DNA from: Octopus bimaculoides
Lineage: Eukaryota
Reading direction: 5' to 3'
Assembly: GCF_001194135.2 (NCBI RefSeq)
Contig: NC_068992.1
Span: 53,326,894-53,390,893, forward strand
DNA length: 64,000 nucleotides
Position numbers and translations under genes: made by a program. The notes under the pieces were generated by a model. That model saw nothing but the letters and a program-made list of their open reading frames with translations. It was not told the DNA's origin and did no database searches. Shown piece after piece: positions 41,061 to 53,591 of the stretch (the stretch's first letter is position 1; each line of letters starts with the position of its first letter).

Positions 41061-41489
41061 TATATGTGTGTGCGTGTGTGCATATGTGTAAGCGAGCGTG
41101 TGTGTATGTGTGTATGTGTGTGTGTGTGTGTGTGCTTTAGAATATATTATAGAATAACAATTTCGTACAGCAATTATAGGTTATATTCAAACGTAGAGCG
41201 ATGGTAGCTGTAACATTTAGCTTCGCAGTATTTTCCCCCAATGTCTAGTGTGTACGAAAGCAGAAAGCTCGTTCAGGATATTGTGGGTAGGATTCTCCAC
41301 AAGCTGCGTCAAGTAGATATGTTAAAACCTGTGATGAACGGCAGAAACATACGAAGTTAAGTCGAAAATCATTCGTTCCGTGATCTTTTGCGTACCAAAA
41401 GTCATAATATCACTTTCATTAGAAAACATGGTAACTCTATCTTGCAGATATTGATTTAAAAGTTTAGTAATTTTCAGGTTGGGCGTATA

Positions 41490-41656
41490 TCGATTACATC
41501 GACCCCAGTACGCAACTGGTACTTCTTTCATCGACCCCGAAAGGATAAAATGCAAAGTCGACTTCAGCGGAATTTGAACTCAGAACGCGCAGACTGATGA
41601 AACAGCCGCTAAGCATTTTCCCCGTTGTGCTAACGATTTCGCCAGCTCATCACCTT
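41490..41656 (-). mobile_element. SINE family B copy
   Basis: TCGATTACATCGACCCCAGTACGCAACTGGTAC..CGACCCCGAAAGGATAAAATGCAAAGTCGAC..AATTTGAACTCAGAACG..GTGCTAACGATTTCGCCAGCTC. Confidence 0.9.
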
Positions 41657-43100
41657 CTGTCTTAAACATATTAAAACATACATCACCTTGCTTTTACACT
41701 ACTTTTCCCTGTAAATTTTCCTTTTATGCTACAAAGACATTTCGAGGTAACGAAATTTACATACAATGTCTTTTGTCGCTGAATTTTAAAGCAAGTTAGC
41801 AACTTTAATAGAATGGGGGTATTAGATATTATCAAAACATAGTTTGATACCAGTACATTACTTTAATGATGCTTAGGGGGGAAAAAGGGATAGCTGGATT
41901 CCTTGAGATTCGAACTTAGTTGGTAAAAGCTGCAAGTATTAACATAAATTGCATTTTTACCAACGCTCTAACAAATCCGCCAGCACGTCGTCTTTACTGC
42001 CTTAATTAGAAAAAAAAAAGCAAGTAATACAAAAGTAGTGTTAATTATGTGAAACAAAGAATGAATAGCCATAGTTAGAACGCATTTATTCAAACATCAG
42101 CCCGTTCGCTCAAGGCTGACCCAGGGTTAAAAAGTAACAGCAACAACAGCATCAGTGATAACAAACAGGATGGCCTGTTTCTTTCATTTGATGACTATAT
42201 GTATATAGAGTGAACTCTATTTTAATATTATTTTCTTTGAGAATCAATATGAAAGAATACAATTATAACATAAACCACATCTCCTTCACCTAATTATCCC
42301 GCGTTCCACAAAGATGGGCGTAAATGAAGAAAAAAGAAGCTAACGACGAGGCTTTCTTTTTATACTAATTACAAAAAAAAAAAATAAAGTAATCTGTTTT
42401 CAAAGGTACCCCAATTATTTAACATTTCACGAAATATATCAAAGAGAACTAGCAAAACATTTTATATTCTGAAACATTATATGCATCAGGTCCGTATTTG
42501 CTCATTATATTTTTTTTATCATACTTATTCACCTTTTTGTGTAATGAATAATAGCAGAAAACTTAGAAGTAACTTCACGTTTGTTTAATCATAGACAATG
42601 TAATATATGTCTGTGTGTGAATGTGTGGCTTTGCAGATATGCTGTTCTANNNNNNNNNNNNNNNNNNNNNNNNNNNNNNNNNNNNNNNNNNNNNNNNNNN
42701 NNNNNNNNNNNNNNNNNNNNNNNNNNNNNNNNNNNNNNNNNNNNNNNNNNNNNNNNNNNNNNNNNNNNNNNNNNNNNNNNNNNNNNNNNNNNNNNNNNNN
42801 NNNNNNNNNNNNNNNNNNNNNNNNNNNNNNNNNNNNNNNNNNNNNNNNNNNNNNNNNNNNNNNNNNNNNNNNNNNNNNNNNNNNNNNNNNNNNNNNNNNN
42901 NNNNNNNNNNNNNNNNNNNNNNNNNNNNNNNNNNNNNNNNNNNNNNNNNNNNNNNNNNNNNNNNNNNNNNNNNNNNNNNNNNNNNNNNNNNNNNNNNNNN
43001 NNNNNNNNNNNNNNNNNNNNNNNNNNNNNNNNNNNNNNNNNNNNNNNNNNNNNNNNNNNNNNNNNNNNNNNNNNNNNNNNNNNNNNNNNNNNNNNNNNNN

Positions 43101-43105
43101 ATACA

Positions 43106-43136
<31 letters not shown>

Positions 43137-43245
43137 GTGTGTATTTATAAAAAGTGACCATATATATGGAGAGAGGGGGAGTGAGAATGTGTGCGAGAAA
43201 GAGAGAGAGAGATAAGATAGAGAGATAGATAGATAGAGAGAGAGA

Positions 43246-43310
<65 letters not shown>

Positions 43311-43311
43311 G
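43101..43311. repeat. (ACAT)n and long (GA)n tracts
   Basis: Read directly. Confidence 0.93.
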
Positions 43312-43977
43312 CAGGTATTTGTGGAACTAATGGCTGATCGTGTAATGTAATAATACAAAATCTAATTCTAGCAAAATGCAAATGTATTTTGGTAAAAAAA
43401 TGTTTGTGCTTTTTCTCGATAAACATTCATATAAGATTATTTTGTGAAGTAGCATGCCGTTTCTATTACCTCTGAAATGCTGGACTAAAATCATTGATAT
43501 GACTGCATTAAACGGCCCTTCATCATTTCGGACATAGCCTGGACACGGTAGTCATTAGATCAGTTATGGTATTATTAGAATGACGATTAGTCTCCCTTCT
43601 AACAACATTCCAAACGCAATAATCCACTGAACTTAAATCTAGCAAGTTTAAAGACTAGAAGTTTGGTGTTCGAGGGTAGTATACATTTTCTGATATTCAT
43701 TCGTGGACTAAGTAGAATCTATGAAAAGGTACATTCTTGTCGAAACATGTATGATATTACACAGCAGACTTCAGTCCTCCATGGCTTAACGACTGTCTCC
43801 AGCACCACGGCGCATCCTCCTCGGTACATGTATTTTATATCGACAGCCCTCGTGTACTACTCTTCTGATAATCTACTCCTGCACTAGCATTTCTTTGGCG
43901 ATCACCCTCATCGATTTTCTGGGTTCGTTATATACACATACAATAATTATTTATATATGCGTATTGACATGTATGTG

Positions 43978-44190
43978 AGTGCGAGGAGGGGCTGAACACT
44001 ATTCAATTTTTTTTCTCCGTGTTTTTCTCCTTGTCTCCGTATTCTTTCTGTTGAAGAGCGTAGCTCGAAACGTCAAAGACTTTCCGTATTCCCGAGCGTC
44101 ATACTAATATATACTTTTGTTATTTACACCACCTGTCCTCGTCTGTTGTTATTTTTTGTATAATCTCCCATATATATATATATATATATA
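43978..44190 (+). mobile_element. Putative Penelope-type terminal repeat (pLTR) with a hammerhead-like motif
   Basis: Second partial copy at 7807-7872. Contains CTGTTGA-A-GAGC(GTA)GCTC-GAAAC. PLE termini are known to carry minimal hammerheads; the PLE assignment itself is inference. Confidence 0.5.
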
Positions 44191-44228
44191 TATGTAGGTA
44201 TATGTATACACACACGCGCGCGCGCGCG

Positions 44229-44264
<36 letters not shown>

Positions 44265-45290
44265 CCGCACATAGAAAACCAGAAATTCTAACAGACATAC
44301 AAATACATACAGAAACAAGTTATTTGTTTAAACTAAGCACAAAAATGTTAAGATAAATTTGTTAGAACATTTCGGGTTGAAATATTTAATAACGTTCCTA
44401 CGAATGTTGCTATTACTTGCATGTGTGTATGTGTGTGTGTTTTGGTTGCACCAGAACACAACTTACTCAATGCAAGTAACGGAAGCGTCCTTTATTTATG
44501 GTAACATGTGTATTAATGCATTATTATTATTTTTTTTTTTTTGTAATGTAAAATCTATGAGGAAAAGCGAACTTTCAAGTTAAGTGAAAATTCAACACAT
44601 TAATGTAATTCCTACTGGAGAAATATTTAACAGTTATGTAGTTTCGTTACAGAATTAACAAAATACATGTCTGACATGAAGAATTAATGCTGTAAGCAGT
44701 CGGAAATTCGTGGGAGAAAACAGCCTATCTACGTGTGCAAAATATTTATTCTTTCGTGCTAACCAACTGGACGACAGAATATTCGGATTAATGTAACAAT
44801 ATTTTATATCTTTGCATTAAAATGTTTCGGATTTTTGTTTTGATGTTTGGGTTCATACTGTTGTTCTCATATGTAAACATATATTGATTTTATTATTCAT
44901 AACATTATTATTATTTTATTTATTTTAGCAAGGAAGGCACTAGATGTATTTAATGGGGTTTAGGTGAAATGAAAAGCAAAAAAATAGAACAACATAAATG
45001 CTACTCTACTTTAGTCCTTTACCCTTTCACTCTTTCTCTTTCCATCTCAGACTTTCCAATATGTGACTATGTATATACACACGCATATATTATATATGTA
45101 CTTATACACAAGGAGAGAGAAATATATAATAGAACTAAACGCCTCCTTCCACACTCGTGTTGTACCTCTACACACTACATATATGAATTTATGTTTGTAT
45201 GAATGTATGTATACAAAGTGAGGTATATAAAGGACATAAACAGCCACGACCACACTAGTGATATACATATTCTGAAAAAAAAAGTCAATG

Positions 45291-45562
45291 TTACCTTTTT
45301 GAGCCATGCCAACTCATAAGGGCTGGGTTTCCAGTTTCTATGGCGTATAAATCCCCTACTTGGAAAGGACGCCAGGATTACTCAATTTTNNNNNNNNNNA
45401 AGGACGCCAGGATTACTCAATTTTGCCAGCTGAGTGGACTGGAGCAACGTGAAATGAAGTGTTTTGCTCAAGAACACAATGCATCGCTTGCTCGAGGAAT
45501 CGAAACCACAATCTAAGGATCATGAGTTCAGCACCCTTAACTACTAAGCCACGCCCCTTCAC
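45291..45562 (-). mobile_element. tRNA-derived SINE with CORE-like domain (family D), interrupted by a 10-N gap
   Basis: Minus strand GTGAAGGGGCGTGGCTTAGTAGTTAAGGG (A-box-like), GGTTTCGATTCC (B-box-like), then TTCTTGAGCAAAACACTTCATTTCACGTTGCTCCAGTCCACTCAGCTG. Confidence 0.8.
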
Positions 45563-47363
45563 TACATATTCAGTGACATGCAGATAGCCATGTATTCACT
45601 TTTAATTCATACACGCTTTTTATACGCTAGTATTTGTAGCATTTGTCCTAACATAAACCATTGTAGCGAGGCCTAGATTCGAAAGCGTACAGCTTTAGTA
45701 ACTGGGCTCATGCCACATCAGATCAGGAAACATGCTGCTCTGAATACAAATCAATAATCTCGCTGCAACATTACCTCGTATTAATAAAAGTTTCAGATGT
45801 TCCTGTAAAAATGCTGACTATAAAACCGAAAGCGCGGGAAAATGTACCAGAGAGAGACAGACAGATAGACGAACAGAAAAGGGCACAGAGGTGAACATAG
45901 ACAATTCCATTAGAAGGCAGAATCCTTCGCTTCTTGCTGCTCCACGTCTGGTCCTAGGAATTGTCAACTATGAAGAACAGAATATTTTCCCACTTCTTGT
46001 AAGCCATTTTCATCTGTTATTAATTCAACCAAGAACTCCATTTACTGCTGGCAGATCGCAATGTAGTCCTGGCAAGCGTCTCTATAATTATGTAAATATT
46101 TACACCGTTACATGTATAAATAAATGTTTATCAAAGGCTGTTTGAAATTGGTTTTAATATGAGACGGCACGCAGCCTAAACATCATAGCAATAAATCAAG
46201 ATCCACACGGCCAGTCCGACAGCCTCTATCTAACTTGTTGTTTGAATAATACCGTCAGACTCTCAAACAACCAGGCATTGGAATGAAGTATCTCAATATA
46301 AATTCGTAAGGACTGCTGTTATATTGTATTATTTTTAGAACTTGATATATTATCAAATTAATACATATCACCGGCGTATCAGACGTGTTTTTTTTCTTTT
46401 TTCTTTTGCTGTTGTTAATTGTATCCAAATATTGCCCAGCATCTAATGCAGCCGTATGTATTTTGGAGATCCGACAGTCGTGAACAAAGGAACCGAATGA
46501 GTCTATGTTTACAAGGTACAATAATTGTTATTGATAATAAAATATTGAACACAAACACAATTATCATAAACAGTATAAATTTACGAAAAAATGCTTAACA
46601 TATGTCGGCAGTTGTGTAGGATGTTCACATCATCTCCTTGTACCGCAGTCTTCAACATACATAAGCAACACACGATATACGTTGTCTTTAAGAAACGTTA
46701 TTTTCTTCAATTATTTAAATAAACATTTACCAAGGAAGATGAAAGTTATCGCTACAAAATCATTGTCGTTGTGCGCCAAAAGTTTAGCCGATCAAGTTTA
46801 CGCAAAATAAAACAGCCAGATATATGACTTTATCAATTCTGAATTAAAATGTGAGCAACTACGCAGTTGTTCATAAAGAAGTTGGCTTTTAAATACAAAA
46901 GTCCTGTATATATATATATATATNNNNNNNNNNNNNNNNNNNNNNNNNNNNNNNNNNNNNNNNNNNNNNNNNNNNNNNNNNNNNNNNNNNNNNNNNNNNN
47001 NNNNNNNNNNNNNNNNNNNNNNNNNNNNNNNNNNNNNNNNNNNNNNNNNNNNNNNNNNNNNNNNNNNNNNNNNNNNNNNNNNNNNNNNNNNNNNNNNNNN
47101 NNNNNNNNNNNNNNNNNNNNNNNNNNNNNNNNNNNNNNNNNNNNNNNNNNNNNNNNNNNNNNNNNNNNNNNNNNNNNNNNNNNNNNNNNNNNNNNNNNNN
47201 NNNNNNNNNNNNNNNNNNNNNNNNNNNNNNNNNNNNNNNNNNNNNNNNNNNNNNNNNNATATATATATATATACATATATGCATATGTGGGTACAGGACG
47301 TCATGAAACCTGTACAACTAAAAAATACGAAGTAGCAGTACATGGAATATGAACTATTTTTTT

Positions 47364-47800
47364 AGGACAACGAAAGACAAACGGAAAACAAGTCAAACAA
47401 CATAAAGAACGACACTTCATCAGTTGTTGGCTGTTTTTCTACTCTCGTATTTCAAGCATTTAACAGCAATATACGCTTTCGATGAAACAGCTGCACCCGC
47501 AAAGCAAATTAAACAAAATTAGCGATTTTGTAGAGGATCAAAATTGGTAACACAAATAGGATGAGCTACTAGGCCTAAACGCGATTGTGGTGACGAACGC
47601 GTAAATCTCAAGCTTATACAGAAGACAGACAAGAAAACAAAACAGGAGACAGACAAGAACACAAGATAGGAGACAGACACGAACTCCCAGCTACAAGGGA
47701 GACAAAGGAAGAAACACAAGTTAGAAGAAAGAAGGGTGGCCGATGGTCACGTCGGAACCACGTGAACAAGGGAGGAGGAGTGAGCATCTGATTTGGCATA
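47364..47800. repeat. Unclassified interspersed-repeat-like segment with purine-rich AGGAGACAGAC sub-repeats
   Basis: The composition shift and internal sub-repeats are visible. It resembles an octopus repeat from memory; no second copy in the window. Confidence 0.3.
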
Positions 47801-48334
47801 ACCTTTTGTGGCATGCTTTTTAATGTCTTAATCCTTTATCCGTTTCCTCACTTACTATTATTTTCTATCATTTTGGTGCCTTCTAGCAGTTGAATTAGGG
47901 CTTTAGCTCTTATTTCTAAGCAGGCTGATGCTTTTTTTTTTTTTGCATCCTTTTGCCTCGGGCTACTTTTAAATTGTATAGCTATATAATGCTATTGAAC
48001 CTGTGAACGGCCTATGTTACTGTTGTTAATATTATCAATTATAAATATTCACCAAAGTTGATATTAACAATAGTAGCATCTGACATCGAATGTAAACATT
48101 CGTACATTTTGCTCATATATATATATANNNNNNNNNNATGTGCGTGTGTGTGTGTGTGTGCGTGTGTGTGCATTGACATATACACGTACTGACAAACATA
48201 CATATGTGCAGCTTCTTTGTTGATAAATATATTACTATATGCACTCAGATTCTAATTTGTGCATGCATTTTTGTGTATATCTGACTATGTATGCCTATGT
48301 GAATGCCTAAGCATGTACATCACGTACATCTTTA

Positions 48335-48365
<31 letters not shown>

Positions 48366-49073
48366 CTTTTCATGTGTGTGTGTGTATGCGTGCGTGTGTG
48401 TGTGTATGTGTGTGTGTGTAAGCGTGTAAATGTGTTCGTGTGTAGGAAGAAAAAAGTAAAAGAGAGATATAGAGGTAAAGGTGGGAAATTTGAGAAACTT
48501 CTATATTGAAAATAATCTATGGATGTGAGTGTTTTTGGATTGTAAACTGTTACTTTAAAACAATTAACAACAAATTAATAAATTCCATTATTTGTATTTC
48601 TCTAGGGAGAATATGCCATTTTCTCCAGAATATGCAGGAACAGTTGATTACTTGTTTAGTATATTTTTGAAAATGATTTATCTTCATTTCTGAAGGTGTG
48701 CTTAGGAAAAGGTAAATTACGTGTGTCTGTTAATGCATTAGACTGTTTATCTCTTCTCACGGCATTTTGACTTCAAATAAATATTGATTTGTCTTTTAAT
48801 TACTGAATATAATGTATATATATTTAAATATGTCTGTGTGTGTTTGAGAATGTGTGTATGAGCGTATGTGTGATTTTCTTTATGTATGCCCGAATGTTGT
48901 ACATGTATGCATACGTGTACGCGTGTATTTATCATATACGTATGACATTTATCCAAAAACAAAACGATTTAGATACATACCTATACAAATGCACATGTAT
49001 GTGAGTGTATGATTGTATGTATACAAATAAACATTTAAAAACATGTATATATGAATATATATGTAAATAACAT

Positions 49074-49238
49074 GTGACAATTATTCTGTAGCCATGATGA
49101 AACTCTGAGTTTTTGATGCCGGGGCGCTCATTTTCATAGCATTCTTCGATGGTCAGATAACTGAAGAGATGGCGGCGTGGGTTTCAGCCCCGGTATCCGA
49201 AACTCGGAGTTTTACCATGGCTACCGAATAATTGTCAC
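49074..49238. mobile_element. 165-bp hairpin (MITE-like) element with 51-bp inverted arms
   Basis: 49074-49124 versus the reverse complement of 49188-49238: 44 of 51 identical, with a 63-bp spacer. Confidence 0.8.
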
Positions 49239-49377
49239 CTATTGTATACTGATAAATTCCTCTATTTACATAATATCGAGGTAGGTCTCTTACTTTCTTT
49301 TGTTGTCTTACCTTTTCTATCAATATATATATATATATATATACATGCGTACATACATTTAAGGAAATAGGGAAATA

Positions 49378-49805
49378 CAATTGACATATATAGTTTTTAA
49401 CATTATAATATATTATAATTATACTATAAAAAGATATAATATAACAAGTAATTAAAACAAATGTGTATCCTAGAATTTGTAACAAATTCATATTTATGCA
49501 TATGAATCTCGTCAGGGAAATATTTGTCTAAAAAAAATAGGCAAAAATTTAATGTAAGGACTACTATATTATAACACAGACTCATTTAATCAGTCTAATA
49601 ATAACTATCTTTTTTATTATTAAGTCGTCCTGACGAGATTCATATGCATAAATATGAATTTTTTTATAAATTCGTTAGTGGATATGAATCGAAAAACAAA
49701 ATGTAGTATATATATTTGTTTTAATTATTTGTTATATTATACTATATTATATCCTTTTTATAGTATAATTATTTTATAATATAATTTTAATAAATATGCC
49801 AATGG
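49378..49805. repeat. AT-rich foldback (long inverted repeat) element
   Basis: Perfect 33-bp inverted pair 49484-49516 / 49629-49661; imperfect inverted similarity extends outward to about 49378 and 49805. Confidence 0.85.
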
Positions 49806-49953
49806 CATCTCTGTTTCCATTAATATTTATATATTGAAATTATATCATTTTAAGTATTTCACTGAAGAACCAGTGAGAAGTAGATGCTTTCCCTCCAATT
49901 TAAGGAAATTATTTTTTCTTTGGATTGAATAGTAATTCTGTATGTGTGTGTGC

Positions 49954-50005
<52 letters not shown>

Positions 50006-50997
50006 GGCGTCAGTCTAGCCAAAATTTTTCCCCTCTTTACCCTCTCCTTTTCTTTATTCTTATTGCTTTTCTTAACAAATTAGACATTTGCCCACTCCAG
50101 TATCTTATTCCTTCCTTTTTTGTGTTTTTGCCTTGGTTTTTTTTTTTCTCTCACTCTTTACTTTCCACTCATCTTTAGTCAAATCTGCCGGTTAACTTGA
50201 GATCTCTTGACGACAATGTTACCTTCATTTAACTAAGGTATCTTCGGCTGGATGTGTAGCATGTGGTGTACCCCTCCTTGAATAATTATTGCTTCTGAGG
50301 TTCTGCTATCTAGAAAACATATGTACCCTGAATTTTACCTGCTTGGGTTTCTATTCGCATACATAGTATCACTAATTGCTAACCGTGAACTAAGAAAATT
50401 ATTTTTTACAGCTTATCAAACTTCGATATGAGAAAAACTCAGAACTTCCTACGCCTATATAATTACAATTGTTCCTGTAGATTTTGTTATACCTTCTACG
50501 GACTTCACGAAACTTACTAATTTCCGACATATGGATCCCTAGATCTTACTTTTACATATCACTATATATANNNNNNNNNNNNNNNNNNNNNNNNNNNNNN
50601 NTATATATATAAACAGCTATATATATATGCTTTCGGTGCGAATGGTTTTGTTATACGGCGACGTATTTTACAATACTGTAAATAATAATGATGGTATTTT
50701 ATATGAGCTTAAAGCTTATGGCGATTACCAAGCAATGACTAAGGAAAATAGTCTAATAACGGGACAAATAACCCCACGACATATATGCATATGTACACTT
50801 ATATGTACATGTGTCTCTGTGTATGTGAAGCATGCATGAACGTTNNNNNNNNNNTGTCTCTGTGTATGTGAAGCATGCATGAACGTTAGTGCGAATTATA
50901 TGTACGTAATGGCTTCGACACAAACACACACACACATACATACACATATATGTATTCACACTGGTATTCAGCATACTCTTGTACACCAGAGCAATTT

Positions 50998-51070
50998 CAC
51001 CATCAACATCATAAACATCACTATCATCATCATTATCATTATCATAAGTATCATCGCCATCGTCATCAAC
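50998..51070. repeat. Degenerate (CAT)n trinucleotide repeat
   Basis: Read directly. Confidence 0.85.
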
Positions 51071-53512
51071 AGACCTTAGATGTTAATGCCTCAAATCCAA
51101 GAACCCATACTGTCTTATCTCCGGTTTTCTTGCCATCTAATTGCGTCTCTGAACAGGATGTCAATCCATAAGAGGATTAATCATTTGCAGCTTGGTACAG
51201 TGCAGTAACAGGAAATGAATTACGTTGCTTAAGAATACAATGCACCGCACGCTTCCAGAATCGAAATCATGATTTATCAGTTGCAAATGTAACACTCTAG
51301 ACACTAAGCGCTTTCTCTACTGAAGTAACCCCGGGAGTAATAATTCCTGTTACAACATTTGTGTAAGCACCTTGAGTTGCGAATTACGTCATCGGATAGA
51401 AGGATGCTTGGGTTTTCATTTTCTTATGTGTCATGAACCACAGGTACCAACTTCGTCATTGTCACCCCAAACATATTGATAGTATACATATATAGCTTAT
51501 AAATAATTATCTGGACTGTTGCTATAGTAACAAAGCTAAGTGTTTGTAGCGGAGAAGACTTTGTATAAAGTAATCACGGCCCAGGCAGTGTTTCGAAACT
51601 GGATGGATTACGCCTACCTTCCAAGTAAAAAATGGCTTCTGTGACAAGTTACCCCGTATTATCTGCCCATTATTTCGGTTTAACTTTATACACAAGGTGT
51701 TTGCCGAATCCAGCGAACATTTTCCAAATGATCTGCTCTGTTGTATTTTTTCCGATATCTGAGAGAAATGAACAGAAGACTAAAGAATACAAGCATGTCT
51801 GCTACCACAAAGAAATACTTAAATAATTCTTAACAGTTACTAACTTTCGTTTGCAAGAGAGAAGATATTTTGGTTAAATGTCGATTAGAAATCAACATAG
51901 ACTTCGGGATTAAATTCATTGTTTAATCAACCAAGTATAAAGCTATATAACAATCACAATATCTCGTATACCACTACGTAGTCGATGCTATAGTTTAATT
52001 CGAACGCATAGAAAAATACAAACTTGCTATTAACATGTGGAAGTTAACATCGATTTTTCCCTTGATCTAACAGAAATAGAAGCAATATCAATTGTTCTTA
52101 TGTTTACTTTTCATTTCACATCTACAGGCACTCACACAGTCTAGATATTGAAACAGAAATAACACAGGCAAACATTCGCCACATTTTCACTATTTTCATA
52201 TCAGCGACAATTATTACAGAATAGTTTCAGTTGACCATTGTTTATTTTACTTTAATACAGAAATATAAATACACTGATGAACACTGAACTAAAACTTGCG
52301 CTGCCTTCGTATTTGTTTTTACTCTTCTGGGAGTTATACTTCTCTCTCTTATTTACATAAAATGTATAACGCCGGTCTAAAAGATTTACACTGGAAAATT
52401 TCGTCGCTTTATGTTTCTGAGATTAATCCAGACTGTGTTAAATTAATTAATTACTTGACAACATATTACGTCATGAAAGCACATGACCACGCAAGATCGT
52501 GTTTTCGATTTCCAGACTGAGCGCTGTATTGTGTACCTGCGCAAAAGACTTCATTCCCTGTTGTCTCAGTTCATTCAGTCGTAAATAAATAATTTGGAGG
52601 AACATTTTTTAATCTCGGCCACTTATAGTCTATGAAACCGGGCAACCGGCTCTTGGAGTACCAGGACTCATATTTACTTAATACCTACTTCAATACATGC
52701 TTAATATATTAGGTCATATAATTGTACAAAACTTCTTTCTTGTTAGAGTAACGTTAATTTGAAATTATTTTGTTTTACTTTTTCTGTAGGCATAGAAATT
52801 AATATAGGTTATGATATTCGGAAATACCGTCATCAATTATTCGTACTCTAATGCATATTAAATATCATCTATGTGGAATGGAATTAGAAAATACATATTT
52901 TCTGTTACCATTCGTAAAACGTTTCTTATATACCACCTATGCAGAAAACATAATCTTATAAATGCTCTTTTAGGAGACCAACTGTAGATATTGAGTTCAT
53001 AGAGTTTTACCGAGGTGAGTAAAATTGTTGGGCTTTAATTCTCTCCAACTCTAACTTTAAGTGAAGGTGACTTCAACGCTTCATTATTGCAAACTGGTAG
53101 TCAATATCACGGTGTTACTTCCAGCGGCAATTATTTATAGCAAGGAAAAATGAGACCTTTAAGTAACGAAAAAATGCAATACCTGGAATACGATAGTCGA
53201 AGCAGTTTTTTTAAAATTTTTTGACAGACTGAACACTGCCACACTCTAATCTTAGTCTTTTTACATTATTGAGCAGTAATTATTCATTCAATTGCATAAA
53301 CGTATTGATTTCTTGCATTGAGCTCAAAGCCGAGAATTTATAACTGTCCATTATTATATAAAATATCATATTACTGATACTTTTTATCGATGAAATCCAA
53401 AAGCGACAATGGTGAAATTTGAAATCTGAGTATGCTAAATAACGGATAGTATTTTGTGTGGCGCTATACCAAGTTTATTATCCACTGCCCATTTCCATTA
53501 TCTCATCTGTTA

Positions 53513-53591
53513 ACATTCATAAAATATGGGGATCTAGTCTAGACATGTGAATACATTCATAAAATATGGGGATCTAGTCTAGACATGTGAA
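53513..53591. repeat. 40-bp tandem duplication
   Basis: ACATTCATAAAATATGGGGATCTAGTCTAGACATGTGAA occurs at 53513 and again at 53553, identical over 39 nt. Confidence 0.95.

Noticed and set aside
45365-45424. 25-bp direct repeat around a 10-N gap
   Set aside because: An exact duplicate on either side of a minimal gap indicates an unmerged contig overlap.
46255-46521. 88-aa minus-strand ORF with a KRKKKK basic patch
   Set aside because: The basic patch comes from a poly-T/A tract; there is no recognisable domain and the splice sites are weak.
47405-47425. Minus-strand CTGATGA as a hammerhead core
   Set aside because: No helix II or downstream GAAA in register.
49161-49218. CTGAAGA...GAAAC with palindromic AAACTCGGAGTTT as a hammerhead
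   Set aside because: Helix II is not flush (extra C), and the GAAAC segment is part of the 51-bp inverted arm, which would sequester it.
50812-50887. 33-bp direct repeat around a 10-N gap
   Set aside because: Same contig-overlap artefact signature.
53310-53455. Very degenerate SINE-like traces (also near 41850-41990, 51230-51310 and 59840-59890)
   Set aside because: The similarity is too eroded to delimit or assign by eye.
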